Shown here one piece after another: positions 37,219 through 46,921 of a stretch of DNA of 52,845 nucleotides. Under the pieces are notes generated by a model that was not told the origin of the DNA, searched no databases, and saw only the letters and a list, made by a program, of their open reading frames with translations. Source of the stretch: a virus (taxonomy: Duplodnaviria; Caudoviricetes); the IMG/VR virus record IMGVR_UViG_3300025009_000138, positions 1 to 52,845 of that record, one strand, 5' to 3'. Every line of letters starts with the position of its first letter. The first letter of the stretch is position 1. The translations under genes and the position numbers were made by a program.

Positions 37219-38213
37219 GATAAGCTCTCCCATCCAGCTACAACGTGATCCCTAGCCGTCATTATATCCCTACCCCCACCCGACATATCCCTTATTGAAC
37301 CCAAAATAAACGCAATATCGTCCAACCCCCTATCACTCGCAATCGCCTGTTGTACATAATCATTCTTCCACATCGTATTTTGCCGCTGCGCCCAATTACT
37401 GTACATCGCCGCAGCTTCCAACTTCCCCGCATCCGCCATCATAACCGCTTTATGCTGATACGCATTCACCATCGCACCGTACTTCAACAGATCCACATCC
37501 AAGAACGCCGGAAAGTAATCCGTCAACTCCAACCGCGCAATGTCCTCCCAATACGTGTACGCAATAACTTCAACCTCTTTCGCGGGCGGGTATATCTCAA
37601 CAATACGGGCGGTTTTGCTTGTATCCATCCCAACTTCTACAACAATGCTACAATTTCCCCCAATCGCAGGCCGGGATGGATAACTCGCGTTCAATTGATC
37701 CAAGTGCATTCTTGTCAGAGGAGCCAACCTCCGCGTATGCACAAACTCCCCAAGCCACCTTGCACTAATTCCGAGCAAGTGATTCCGCTTAACGAGCTTG
37801 TATGTCCCACCCGCTGCTACGTCACTCTCTCCAAAACTACTCTTCAACGTCATGTTCGCGCCAACGATAGAATCCAATTCATACCACGCCGTTCTCGTGC
37901 GAAAGAACCACCCATCCACCACGAGAGAAAGCCCCACGGTGAACGCCGCAACCCACGCTGCTTGCGCTGTTGCATCACCTACAACAACAGCGCTTCCACG
38001 AGTCGCCATGATCGTACCAGCTTCAACATACGCAGGAAGAGTCAAATACCCAAGCTTCCGCGTTTGTCTGAACCTAGCTGTACGCACAAGCTCAACGTAC
38101 CGATCATAGATCCAATCAGCGGCAAGCAACATCTTATCACCGTTCTTCGCATCATACAAATTGGCGTCGAGCAACACTCTCTTGGCTACTTCTTCCACCG
38201 TGGCGCGAGGCAT
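37215..38213 (-). CDS. Head-tail adaptor-like protein 3 with inserted beta domain
   Basis: VEIYPPA...YTY, LLKYGA; insert GTIMATRGSAVVVG. Confidence 0.55.
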   Translation of the reverse strand: MPRATVEEVAKRVLLDANLYDAKNGDKMLLAADWIYDRYVELVRTARFRQTRKLGYLTLPAYVEAGTIMATRGSAVVVGDATAQAAWVAAFTVGLSLVVDGWFFRTRTAWYELDSIVGANMTLKSSFGESDVAAGGTYKLVKRNHLLGISARWLGEFVHTRRLAPLTRMHLDQLNASYPSRPAIGGNCSIVVEVGMDTSKTARIVEIYPPAKEVEVIAYTYWEDIARLELTDYFPAFLDVDLLKYGAMVNAYQHKAVMMADAGKLEAAAMYSNWAQRQNTMWKNDYVQQAIASDRGLDDIAFILGSIRDMSGGGRDIMTARDHVVAGWESLS

Positions 38214-38225
38214 GACATTTCCTCC

Positions 38226-38435
38226 CTAAGAAAAAATCTTACGCTGCCGAGTCGGTTTCATGGACGCTTTTTTTGGAAGCCCTTTTTCCGGCGTGCCCGC
38301 GAACTTCTCCAACGCTTGCATTGACATTTTGGACATCGCCGCTGCTGGTCCCTTCCCCGAAAGCGTCTTGCTCGCCTTCTTCGCTCCCATCGCTACTCCC
38401 GCCGCTTTCCTCTGCTGCTTCGATTTCGCTGGCAT
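38226..38435 (-). CDS. DUF3008-like small basic protein
   Basis: MPAKSKQQRKAAG.A...MS..LEKFA.T..KGLP; GGAGGTG RBS. Confidence 0.75.
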   Translation of the reverse strand: MPAKSKQQRKAAGVAMGAKKASKTLSGKGPAAAMSKMSMQALEKFAGTPEKGLPKKASMKPTRQRKIFS

Positions 38436-38559
38436 CGTTACATACACCTCCAATCATTTCACTCACCACGCGCACCGAGCACTTACCGCGTTCAGGCACG
38501 AAAATAGCACACTCAGCGGTACACTCAGTAAGCGCCCAAGGACACTTCATTCCAACCAT
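38239..38559 (-). CDS. Small Cys-rich protein overlapping the DUF3008 gene
   Basis: AAGGAGGT RBS; CP..C...C...C N-terminus. Confidence 0.45.
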   Translation of the reverse strand: MVGMKCPWALTECTAECAIFVPERGKCSVRVVSEMIGGVCNDASEIEAAEESGGSSDGSEEGEQDAFGEGTSSGDVQNVNASVGEVRGHAGKRASKKSVHETDSAA

Positions 38560-38599
38560 TACACATACCTCCTTTTCACTCTACATCCACTCACTCACT

Positions 38600-40456
38600 T
38601 TACGGCAAGTTCGCCCCAGCGATTGTAGCGCCGTCAGTCACACGCTGAAAGAGCATCGTAATCGTGGCGACACCTGCACCAGTACCCGCGTTATCGTCGC
38701 CATGGATGTACACAATCTTCCCTGGCTCCAAATACACAGGCAAGTAATCCGTGGTGCTGTCCTCTTCCGCGTTCCAAGAGACATTCGCACCAAGCCCAGC
38801 AGTCGCCTCCAAAATAATAGGCGCGGCAGCTCCCGTTTTACCTGCCGCATTATCCACGGAAAACTCAATGTTGGTAGGATTGGCGAGCCCCGTAGCGTCC
38901 GTATTAATGAACACGTTTACCAACACCAGCCCACCAGATGACGCACCCGTGATAGCGCCCGCGACTTGTGTATTGTTCGGAATGCTACTCGACGTGACAG
39001 AGGATGTTACCATCAAATACTCACCACTCTTACCCGCGTTCAAGTGCTCCAAGCGCTCAAACACAGAACCATCTCGATTCGACGCAACCGTGCCCGTATC
39101 CATCGCATTATCGGCGTCATTCACACCAATTGCGCCAAGCACAGAGGTTGCCGCGTCTACAGGAGTCGTACCGTTCGTACCCAACGCATCCACGAGCGAT
39201 TTACTGTCTGCGAGCTGCGTACCAAGCGCCGTACCGCCCGAAGCAACAAATCGCGCCAAAGATCCCGCAGTAGGATTTATCGGCAACGTAGCATCGCCAA
39301 TCGTGGTAGTATCTACAAGAATAGCAGCGATTTCCGTATCCAAAAAATCGTCAATCGTAGTAATCGCCGCATCTCGTGCAATACCCTCCGTGACGAGCTG
39401 TTTAATGTACGCCATGATGGTATCAGTGTTAGTGACAGCACCCGACGCCGCAGCATCCGTCAACGTACCCAACAAACTATCCGCTGGTACAATCTGTCCA
39501 CCTGTATCAATTCCACTTGAGTACAAGTTGCCCAAGCAATACATACTACCAGGATCAAGTGACGTGGCATACGCATTGGTGTACAAGCGGTTATCCACAA
39601 TCATACCTGTTGCCGTGCTTGTAAACTCAATCGCATGTTGCCCAGCAGTAGCGTTTGAGATAACGTTACGTGCAATGATCCAATCCAAATCCGCTTTATT
39701 AGACCAGATCCCCGACACCGCAAAGTTACCCCAAACGAAGTTATCGAGCACTTTCCATCCAACGTTTACACCCGTACCCGCTTCAAGAAAGTGATTCGTG
39801 AGGGATGTTGCGGCACCGTAATACGTACAGTTAATGATGGTGCCGTTATCCGCCCCACTCGCCAGATCAACTGCATCCAAAAACTCGAACGTGGCTGTGG
39901 TAGGTTTCGGGAAATCGCAGTTCTTCAACATGAAGTTATCCCCGCCAACCTCTACCGCAATGCCCTTCACGATATCGGAAATACCCGCGAGAAAGCGCAC
40001 ATTCTCAATCGTGACATTCGCGGCACCAACCGCAACCGTGGCATCCGTATCCGCAAACGTGAACGTGGGGCGATTCGCACCTTCTCCCAAGCCCACGATA
40101 CGCACACCCGCCACGTCTACATCAAAGCCATCCGCCGCCGTGAAGCTCTCCGCGTGCCCAGGCGCAACGAAAATGATGTCGCCATTACTCGCGGTACACC
40201 TTCCAATAGCATAGTCCAACGTGGCGAAGGGTTTATCATATGTTCCGTTATCCGCAGAGTCCCGCCGCGCCTCATGCCCGCTATCCACAAAGTACACATT
40301 CCCGGTAGTGGTATACTCCCCGCTGCCAATCTGAGGAGTACCAGCGGAAATCACCATGTCAAACGCTGTGGGTGCCGCGTACAACGCTGGAGTACCCAAC
40401 AGACATGCACACAACACACCGAGCCAAGCAACCTTCCAAACCCTAAGCTTCTTCAT
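38600..40456 (-). CDS. Beta-helix (pectin-lyase fold) protein with signal peptide
   Basis: YFVDS, PFATLDYAI, GDIIFVAPGH, NVTIENVRF; leader MKKLRVWK...ALYA. Confidence 0.75.
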   Translation of the reverse strand: MKKLRVWKVAWLGVLCACLLGTPALYAAPTAFDMVISAGTPQIGSGEYTTTGNVYFVDSGHEARRDSADNGTYDKPFATLDYAIGRCTASNGDIIFVAPGHAESFTAADGFDVDVAGVRIVGLGEGANRPTFTFADTDATVAVGAANVTIENVRFLAGISDIVKGIAVEVGGDNFMLKNCDFPKPTTATFEFLDAVDLASGADNGTIINCTYYGAATSLTNHFLEAGTGVNVGWKVLDNFVWGNFAVSGIWSNKADLDWIIARNVISNATAGQHAIEFTSTATGMIVDNRLYTNAYATSLDPGSMYCLGNLYSSGIDTGGQIVPADSLLGTLTDAAASGAVTNTDTIMAYIKQLVTEGIARDAAITTIDDFLDTEIAAILVDTTTIGDATLPINPTAGSLARFVASGGTALGTQLADSKSLVDALGTNGTTPVDAATSVLGAIGVNDADNAMDTGTVASNRDGSVFERLEHLNAGKSGEYLMVTSSVTSSSIPNNTQVAGAITGASSGGLVLVNVFINTDATGLANPTNIEFSVDNAAGKTGAAAPIILEATAGLGANVSWNAEEDSTTDYLPVYLEPGKIVYIHGDDNAGTGAGVATITMLFQRVTDGATIAGANLP

Positions 40457-40482
40457 GCGCTTACACCTCCTTTCTCAGGCGC

Positions 40483-41379
40483 TTAACCCGTGCTGCCGTA
40501 CACCCCACGAGGAGTAGCCACACCCTGGGTATGCCGCTGATACGCCGTCGCCACCGCGCTCTTCGTCCGGGGATCGTCAAAGCAATCGAAGATCGGATAG
40601 TCCCTCCACAAGAAGTTCAGGTCATGCTCCCCCTTCTCAGCGAGCGCGAACCATGCCGTCTGACTCGTGAAGTAGTGCCCGATGAACACTTTCAGATCCT
40701 CGTCCAGCAGCGCATTGATTTCATTTTGCGCCGTATAGGGCTTTCCACTCGAACCAAGGATTTCACGCGCCACGAACTTCTTGGCGTAGTGAATCGCAAT
40801 CATGGCAGGAGCCATTTGACGAGGCATGTTTCGCTCATCCGTCATGCCCTCGAAAGTGACGGTCATGTTCTGGAGTCCCGTGATACTGAGCCCGATTTCC
40901 GGGGAAGGACGATTCGCATACGTGGTAGCGTCGATACGAGCATGTGCTGTGTTGAAGAGCGTGCTCGCCGTAAAGCCTGCCGTAACCGAAGTGAAGCCAT
41001 TGTTCATCACAGAGAAAGCGTCCACTTCCTGACGATTCCGAGACGCCCGCGCAAGCCCCTTCACCATCTCCGCGAGTACGCCGTACAGCTCATCCCGCCA
41101 CGCTTCCCAGGAGATTTCCACCGCCAAGCCAAACGGAGTCGCTTCATACTGCTTCGTTCCGCCAATGAGAATTTCGTCCAGCGTAAACTGGCGCATTTCA
41201 TCCTTCGCTGGCATCGTACCCAGCCCTGACACTTGCTGATCGGTGACGGGGTTGTATTCCATTTCCGACACGTTGAAGATCATCGGGTGCTCAAGAGGAC
41301 GCTCCTTACCCGTTTCGTAGTACACTTTCCGCAGATCCGGCGCTATCAATGCCGCGATATACCCTCTGTTGATCGCCAT
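40483..41379 (-). CDS. Major capsid protein (HK97 fold, Mu gpT-like)
   Basis: 298 aa; GLGTMP..E, ISWEAWRDELYG, LFNTAH, NEINAL, TAWF, GVYGSTG. Confidence 0.85.
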   Translation of the reverse strand: MAINRGYIAALIAPDLRKVYYETGKERPLEHPMIFNVSEMEYNPVTDQQVSGLGTMPAKDEMRQFTLDEILIGGTKQYEATPFGLAVEISWEAWRDELYGVLAEMVKGLARASRNRQEVDAFSVMNNGFTSVTAGFTASTLFNTAHARIDATTYANRPSPEIGLSITGLQNMTVTFEGMTDERNMPRQMAPAMIAIHYAKKFVAREILGSSGKPYTAQNEINALLDEDLKVFIGHYFTSQTAWFALAEKGEHDLNFLWRDYPIFDCFDDPRTKSAVATAYQRHTQGVATPRGVYGSTG

Positions 41380-41447
41380 ACTCGCTAACCTTTCTTCTCC
41401 CCCCGGAAAAGTAGAACAAGTTCACAATACCTGCCGAAGCGTAACAA

Positions 41448-41942
41448 TTACGTGCGGCTGAAGATGGTGTAGTTCTCCTTGAACACAAACTTCACACGAC
41501 CGTTGAGCGTACCCACCGCGTCAATGAAATCGACGATGGTGACTTCGGGGGCGCTTGTGTCCGCCTTGTTGATGTACCAATTGAGCGTACTACCGTCCAC
41601 TTGCAAACCAAACGAAGAATACATATCCGTTTGCGCAATGACCGCTGATGCCGCACTTGCATGATGTACCTGCGCCTCGAAAACGACACCAGGCAAAGGA
41701 GGTACGAACTCCAACGATTGCCCGCGTGTGGTGTTCTTACCGTTTCTCTGCGCAACGCCCACGATTGTACCCGCCGCCATGTTCGCGGCACCCGTCACGA
41801 GATACCCAGCGCTTGAGCTTGCCCCACGCACAATAGGAGCACCCCTCTCAAACGTCTGACTCGCCCCTTCCAATCCCTTCAACATGGGAATGGAGGGGAG
41901 CCCAATCAACTCACTTACCTTGATGCTTTGCGTAACTGCCAT
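41448..41942 (-). CDS. Probable capsid decoration/cement protein
   Basis: Small beta-rich ORF (IVGVA, VVFEAQ) directly upstream of MCP. Confidence 0.6.
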   Translation of the reverse strand: MAVTQSIKVSELIGLPSIPMLKGLEGASQTFERGAPIVRGASSSAGYLVTGAANMAAGTIVGVAQRNGKNTTRGQSLEFVPPLPGVVFEAQVHHASAASAVIAQTDMYSSFGLQVDGSTLNWYINKADTSAPEVTIVDFIDAVGTLNGRVKFVFKENYTIFSRT

Positions 41943-41985
41943 TTTGCGTTACCTCCTTTGCTTATCCACGTTCTCTTCTTCTCAT

Positions 41986-42819
41986 TCAATACGTCACCAC
42001 TTGCACATTCTTACCGAACAAGTTGTCTCTATATTCTTCGTTCTCCGGTATCACCTCCTTCCATGTTTCGTCACCTATACGACGCGCGTGTGAAAGCCAT
42101 TCAAACATGATACGATTCTTAAGCCAGGGACGTTGTAGATGTTGCGGTTGTGGATGTGGAGCACGAAGCTCGAACATATCGTAGAATTGATCCTCAAAGT
42201 GCAGATCATCGTCATTTGGAATACCCCATTTAGAGGAGGGACACACCGCATCCATTTCTGTGCAACCCTTCTTCAAAAGCACCTTCCAACCAGCATCCGC
42301 GATACGCTCCTTCAGCAAAGCCTGTTCCACCAAACCCTTAACCTCCTGCCCTTCTTCCATACTCTGACAATAGAAAAACGCTGCATACCTTGCGCCTGTA
42401 TAATCGCGCCTATCCACACCAAGCTTACCATGCAAGTGCCCCACCCGACACAACATGCGCATTACAGGATACCACTGAAACAACGCCTTCACCGTGGGCA
42501 TAGTCACGACTACCTTATGACAGTATGTGCGGCAATACGCCGGGATGAACGAATGATCCATCAACACACTGAACAGCACATCCTTCCACAAATAACAATG
42601 CATATCCACGTTCACGTTCGGATGCGGCACGAATATCCAAGGACCGTCGAAGTAGCCCATAAGATTCTTTTGCTCAAACAGTCCTTCATCATTTATCGCC
42701 CACCCCTGCTGCATGAGTGTATGCACTCGATTCACCAAGTTACTGTTCCACCAAATACCCTTATCCCAACGTTCTTCAATGGACTTAGGTTTGAAGTTCG
42801 GAAAGTATTTCTCTAACAT
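41986..42819 (-). CDS. Hypothetical protein (CHKVVV...FFYC...KKGCTE)
   Basis: GGAGG RBS; no function assigned. Confidence 0.65.
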   Translation of the reverse strand: MLEKYFPNFKPKSIEERWDKGIWWNSNLVNRVHTLMQQGWAINDEGLFEQKNLMGYFDGPWIFVPHPNVNVDMHCYLWKDVLFSVLMDHSFIPAYCRTYCHKVVVTMPTVKALFQWYPVMRMLCRVGHLHGKLGVDRRDYTGARYAAFFYCQSMEEGQEVKGLVEQALLKERIADAGWKVLLKKGCTEMDAVCPSSKWGIPNDDDLHFEDQFYDMFELRAPHPQPQHLQRPWLKNRIMFEWLSHARRIGDETWKEVIPENEEYRDNLFGKNVQVVTY

Positions 42820-42850
42820 TCGCGTTCTCCCTCCGCGTTAAAGCGTCCTG

Positions 42851-43066
42851 TTAATCTACCACGTCCCAATCATCCGCAAACAAGTCCGACATTGAAGGCA
42901 CCCAAGGCACAATATCCCCTTGACTATTTTTAAGGCAAAGAATTTTCCTGCCAAAATCCTCACTATATCGCAACTCCGCATATTGATTAGGCCCATTCCA
43001 CCCACTTCGAGCAACCTTATTGCCACCCTTGAGATAGTTCAATGCTCCCTCAAACGAAAAAGACAT
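42851..43066 (-). CDS. tad2: DUF2829 / Thoeris anti-defence Tad2-like protein
   Basis: F..AL..LK.G.KVAR.GWNG and PWVPS.SDLFADDW. Confidence 0.85.
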   Translation of the reverse strand: MSFSFEGALNYLKGGNKVARSGWNGPNQYAELRYSEDFGRKILCLKNSQGDIVPWVPSMSDLFADDWDVVD

Positions 43067-43077
43067 AACACTCTCCT

Positions 43078-43857
43078 CTATTGCCCTACACCCAACCCAA
43101 GCACCGTCCCATCCTTCAACATCTTATCAAGCTGCTGTTGCGCCCCCATCCTCGCGTACAACTCCCTAGCACTCTCCTTGTACCCAGGCGCACGCTTTTG
43201 AATGAAAGCTATCCGATCTTCCGCTTGCTCCTCATCCAGCAACTTGATAGCGTTCCTCGTCTTGTTGTTTCGCTTGTTCTTCTCGTCCATCTCACGCACC
43301 GCATCCGTGGACTCCCCAGCTTGACGCGCACGCACCCATTCCTGATAACGTGCTTCCAACTCGCTACGATCCTTCAACCGGCGCATCAAGATAGTATCGC
43401 CCAACCGAATGTGCCCGTTCACATCAATCAACTCTTCCATCCCTCGCGCTTCAGGCATCGATCTGTCCACGATCTGCCACCCAATAGGCATAGGCCCGCG
43501 ATTGGTGCTCACCACAAGAGACTTGGACATATTGATCTGAAGCCCTCCATTGCCCGTGTACTCGTACTTGTAATCATACTCGTTCTGAGCATTCGGGATA
43601 GAAGAAGCGCTTGAAGCGAGCTGAAAACGAATCTCACGATCCGGTTCCAAAATACGCTCATCCACTTTGAACGCGCCTGTTTCGTTTGCAAGTGTCTCAG
43701 CGGCTTCTTCAAGAGTATCCTGACGTGCTCTCAACACTTCGTCTCGCTCGTGTCCGGGAGGAGGGAGCGCTGCTTCCGCCTGCTGTACGAGCGCATCATG
43801 ATTCTGATCCACGGTATCCACATCCAACAAACTCGGTTTCTTCTTTACGTCTGCCAT
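43078..43857 (-). CDS. Hypothetical head-module protein
   Basis: GAGGT RBS before MADVKKK; GWQIV...IRLGDTILMR. Confidence 0.6.
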   Translation of the reverse strand: MADVKKKPSLLDVDTVDQNHDALVQQAEAALPPPGHERDEVLRARQDTLEEAAETLANETGAFKVDERILEPDREIRFQLASSASSIPNAQNEYDYKYEYTGNGGLQINMSKSLVVSTNRGPMPIGWQIVDRSMPEARGMEELIDVNGHIRLGDTILMRRLKDRSELEARYQEWVRARQAGESTDAVREMDEKNKRNNKTRNAIKLLDEEQAEDRIAFIQKRAPGYKESARELYARMGAQQQLDKMLKDGTVLGLGVGQ

Positions 43858-43880
43858 GTTCTCTACCTCTCCCTCCTCTG

Positions 43881-44714
43881 TTAGTGCAAATATGCCTCGT
43901 GCTCTTTGCAATACTTCTCCCAGCTCTCGTACCCGCGATGACGCAGTTCATCTTCCACGGTGCGACCTTTATACCTCAACGCCTCAATTCCTTCTTTGCC
44001 CCACACATCTTCAGGCGTAGGAAGCTTTTTTGCGACTGCTTCATCATGCGCACTACGGAAAGCTTCACTCGCGTTCGTGTCTCCGGTGATCACACTCACT
44101 GTGGATTCCCGCAAAATCTTCTCGCGGTCAAGCTGCTGAATCTTCGCCAGATTCCTTCCGACCGCGATATCGTACGCTAGCTTCTGAGCGTCCGGAGAAA
44201 TCTGTGCAGCAGGCCCCATCTGCTGAAGCGCCGTGTCGATATCGTTCTTGAGGATATCGTAGTAGGGAAGCGTCGAGAGTTGTTGTTTCATGAGGCTTCC
44301 AATGGCTCCTACACCCGCCGTTTGGATCTGCTGAATATTCCCCAGCATCTCCCGACGCATACGCTCCTGATCCGCCTTGTGACGCTTCGAGATGATTGCG
44401 GCGGCTCCAGCTCCTCCATTCTCCACCGCTGCGTTATATTGCTCGTCTGTCACGTCCTCGATAGCGGGTAGCGTAGTAGTAGTGACGGTCTGCGCGGGTT
44501 GTTTTTCCGCACCCGGAGTCGCCACATTCGAGAGCGATTGAATCTGACTCATCAACGTGGTCTGGAACGCGCTGAATTGATCCATCGTGACGAACGTGGG
44601 CGTTGCAGGTGTTTGGGAATCGGCAAGCGTATCAGAAGGTTTTTGCTCCTCTACGCCCTGTGTCCCCGGATTCGTACTGCCTGCCAAGGTGTCTCTTTTC
44701 CTGCCGAAGAACAT
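43881..44714 (-). CDS. Probable scaffolding protein
   Basis: Helical, low-complexity N-terminus; lies between portal and capsid. Confidence 0.55.
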   Translation of the reverse strand: MFFGRKRDTLAGSTNPGTQGVEEQKPSDTLADSQTPATPTFVTMDQFSAFQTTLMSQIQSLSNVATPGAEKQPAQTVTTTTLPAIEDVTDEQYNAAVENGGAGAAAIISKRHKADQERMRREMLGNIQQIQTAGVGAIGSLMKQQLSTLPYYDILKNDIDTALQQMGPAAQISPDAQKLAYDIAVGRNLAKIQQLDREKILRESTVSVITGDTNASEAFRSAHDEAVAKKLPTPEDVWGKEGIEALRYKGRTVEDELRHRGYESWEKYCKEHEAYLH

Positions 44715-44937
44715 TTTGTCTCTCCTCTATCTCATTGATCTCTACAAAAGCTGCCAAGTCTCTTAACGCTTCCATCTTACCGTTTATCTGTAAAGCTTTG
44801 GCGTGAGACTCAACGATTACTTTATTCTGTTCTACCTGATACTGCAAGACACGATGCTCCAAGAACTTCTTGAAACTTCGCATTGCAACATCGTCCCTCT
44901 TCAAACACTCTAGCCACTCCAAATTTTCTGCATCCAC
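44632..44937 (-). CDS. Small helical protein downstream of portal
   Basis: Starts 3 nt after the portal stop; G..EALRDL motif. Confidence 0.55.
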   Translation of the reverse strand: MDAENLEWLECLKRDDVAMRSFKKFLEHRVLQYQVEQNKVIVESHAKALQINGKMEALRDLAAFVEINEIEERQNVLRQEKRHLGRQYESGDTGRRGAKTF

Positions 44938-44940
44938 ACT

Positions 44941-46914
44941 TTAATCTCCCTCTGTTGTAGTATTCTCGTTAGGTTCGCCACCATCTACTCCACCACCACC
45001 TAGCAAAGCACTCAAAGCTTCAGCAATACCTCCACCCTGCGCACCTTCTTCACCACCCTCCCCATTCCCTGCACCGACGCTCATACTTTGCACCATCTGC
45101 ACAAGCGACTGCAACACACCCTTATTCACTTGCAACGAATCGATTTCTTTATCCATCTCAATCACAAACGTTGCAGGATCGCGTATAGAGTCAAACGTCC
45201 TAAGCGCACGATCCACCAATTCACCCGTAGAGTGCGCAATCTTCTTGGCGACTTCCGCGACTTCTGGAGGTGTAGTAGGTTGCGCAGCGAGCATGATCAA
45301 CTCTACCGCACGCTGATAATACTGAGCGAGAGTGTTAAGCAATGCCATGTGATCTTGACGCTCCTGCATCTTATTCTGAGCAGCGCTTGTACTCGTCAAC
45401 TCCATTGGCACATTCTCGTCAAACTTGGGATCTGCGAGCATCATACACACACGCGCACCATCATCAGCACCTAGTACGTCAAGAATGTGCTGCATCACAC
45501 GTTGCTCACCTGCCATGATACGTTCTTGATAACGATAAAGTGCTTGCTTGACGGCGTTCCCTAAACACTTTCGCACGTCGTCAAATGCAGGAGTGAAGCG
45601 CTTGCTCACTTGTTGCATCATCGTAAGCGCTGTGATACCTGGAGTACGAGATCCCAATACCTGCGATGGACGAGGAGTGTTCATATCATTCACTCCAACA
45701 CGACGCTCACTCATACTAACCGTGGTTGCAAGAGCCTGCGCAACACCTGTATACTCACGCCCCATATCCGCTACTTCAACATCATTCTTAGGATCGGAAC
45801 AAAACGTTACTTTATTCGGGAAAATGCGCATATTCTCAGGCACGGAACCGTGTTTTGCGAAGTAATGCTTACAGTTGTTGATGATCGCCGCAAGTACCCA
45901 TTGATTGTACAACTCGGTAGCGCTCTCTTGAAACGGCTTAATCATTTCAAGTATTCCAATACCCCCGAATACGTGCGCCCTCTTTTGATAAAACATCTCC
46001 TCCACAGGGCGCCTATCATACGGATTGTACGAGAGCTTCAACACCTTTCGAGAGGTACGATCAAATACACAGAACAGATCCTCCGCAATCCCGTCTCCGT
46101 CAATATCAAAGAAAGGGTACACCTCAATGATTTCGTACAGATAATCATATCCTACACTTGAAGCAGCACGTCCTAGCGTTTCCCTTCTTTGCCGCACCCA
46201 ATCAATGTTGCCCGCTTTAGCAACGCGCTCGTTGTTATCTCCCAAGTCCCATTTATTCACCTTCGCTCTCCCCATCAACTCCTGTTCCGTCAACCAAAAG
46301 CGTATTCCTATCCATCGCATCTCCTGCAAGCTACGAGTGATGGACGGCGGACAAATCAAGTTCTCAATAGGCAACGAGCGAATCTTGGGACCAAATGACA
46401 ACACCTTCCGCGCTTTGTTCTTCTTCACAGTCTCCACAAACGGCACATACAACGCACCGCTACCAAGCTGAATATCGTCAAGAATGCTATCATCAGATGC
46501 TTGTCGTATATCCAACTCATTCGGCACCATCCAATCCACCCAACGCTGCATAGCTTTCTTGCTTTTCTCGGCATCCTCAGCGAGTAAATCAACCCCTTTA
46601 GGAACACTACGCACTGTAATGAAGGGATCTGCGCTGAAAATAGCGTCGATCATCTGCGCATACTGCACATCCGCGTAGATAGCCCCCAACGTAACCTCGA
46701 AATTTGGGGCATTCTCAATAGGCCAATCTTTGAACGGGAACTTTGGCACACCCTCATACAAGCGCATACACTCTCGCCACGTTTGCTCTAACACGTTACG
46801 AGAAGCGAAAGCATTTTCAATCTCTGTGGATATCCATTGCTCAAATTGTTGTATCGCGTCCTCACTAAAGGACGATACCACCGCTTTACTATGCACTTCT
46901 ACAATTTGTGCCAT
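44941..46914 (-). CDS. Portal protein (P22-like)
   Basis: 657 aa; W..C..LY.G, LGSG, DIDGDG, FGGIGI, T.TA, acidic tail. Confidence 0.85.
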   Translation of the reverse strand: MAQIVEVHSKAVVSSFSEDAIQQFEQWISTEIENAFASRNVLEQTWRECMRLYEGVPKFPFKDWPIENAPNFEVTLGAIYADVQYAQMIDAIFSADPFITVRSVPKGVDLLAEDAEKSKKAMQRWVDWMVPNELDIRQASDDSILDDIQLGSGALYVPFVETVKKNKARKVLSFGPKIRSLPIENLICPPSITRSLQEMRWIGIRFWLTEQELMGRAKVNKWDLGDNNERVAKAGNIDWVRQRRETLGRAASSVGYDYLYEIIEVYPFFDIDGDGIAEDLFCVFDRTSRKVLKLSYNPYDRRPVEEMFYQKRAHVFGGIGILEMIKPFQESATELYNQWVLAAIINNCKHYFAKHGSVPENMRIFPNKVTFCSDPKNDVEVADMGREYTGVAQALATTVSMSERRVGVNDMNTPRPSQVLGSRTPGITALTMMQQVSKRFTPAFDDVRKCLGNAVKQALYRYQERIMAGEQRVMQHILDVLGADDGARVCMMLADPKFDENVPMELTSTSAAQNKMQERQDHMALLNTLAQYYQRAVELIMLAAQPTTPPEVAEVAKKIAHSTGELVDRALRTFDSIRDPATFVIEMDKEIDSLQVNKGVLQSLVQMVQSMSVGAGNGEGGEEGAQGGGIAEALSALLGGGGVDGGEPNENTTTEGD

Positions 46915-46921
46915 TCTGACA

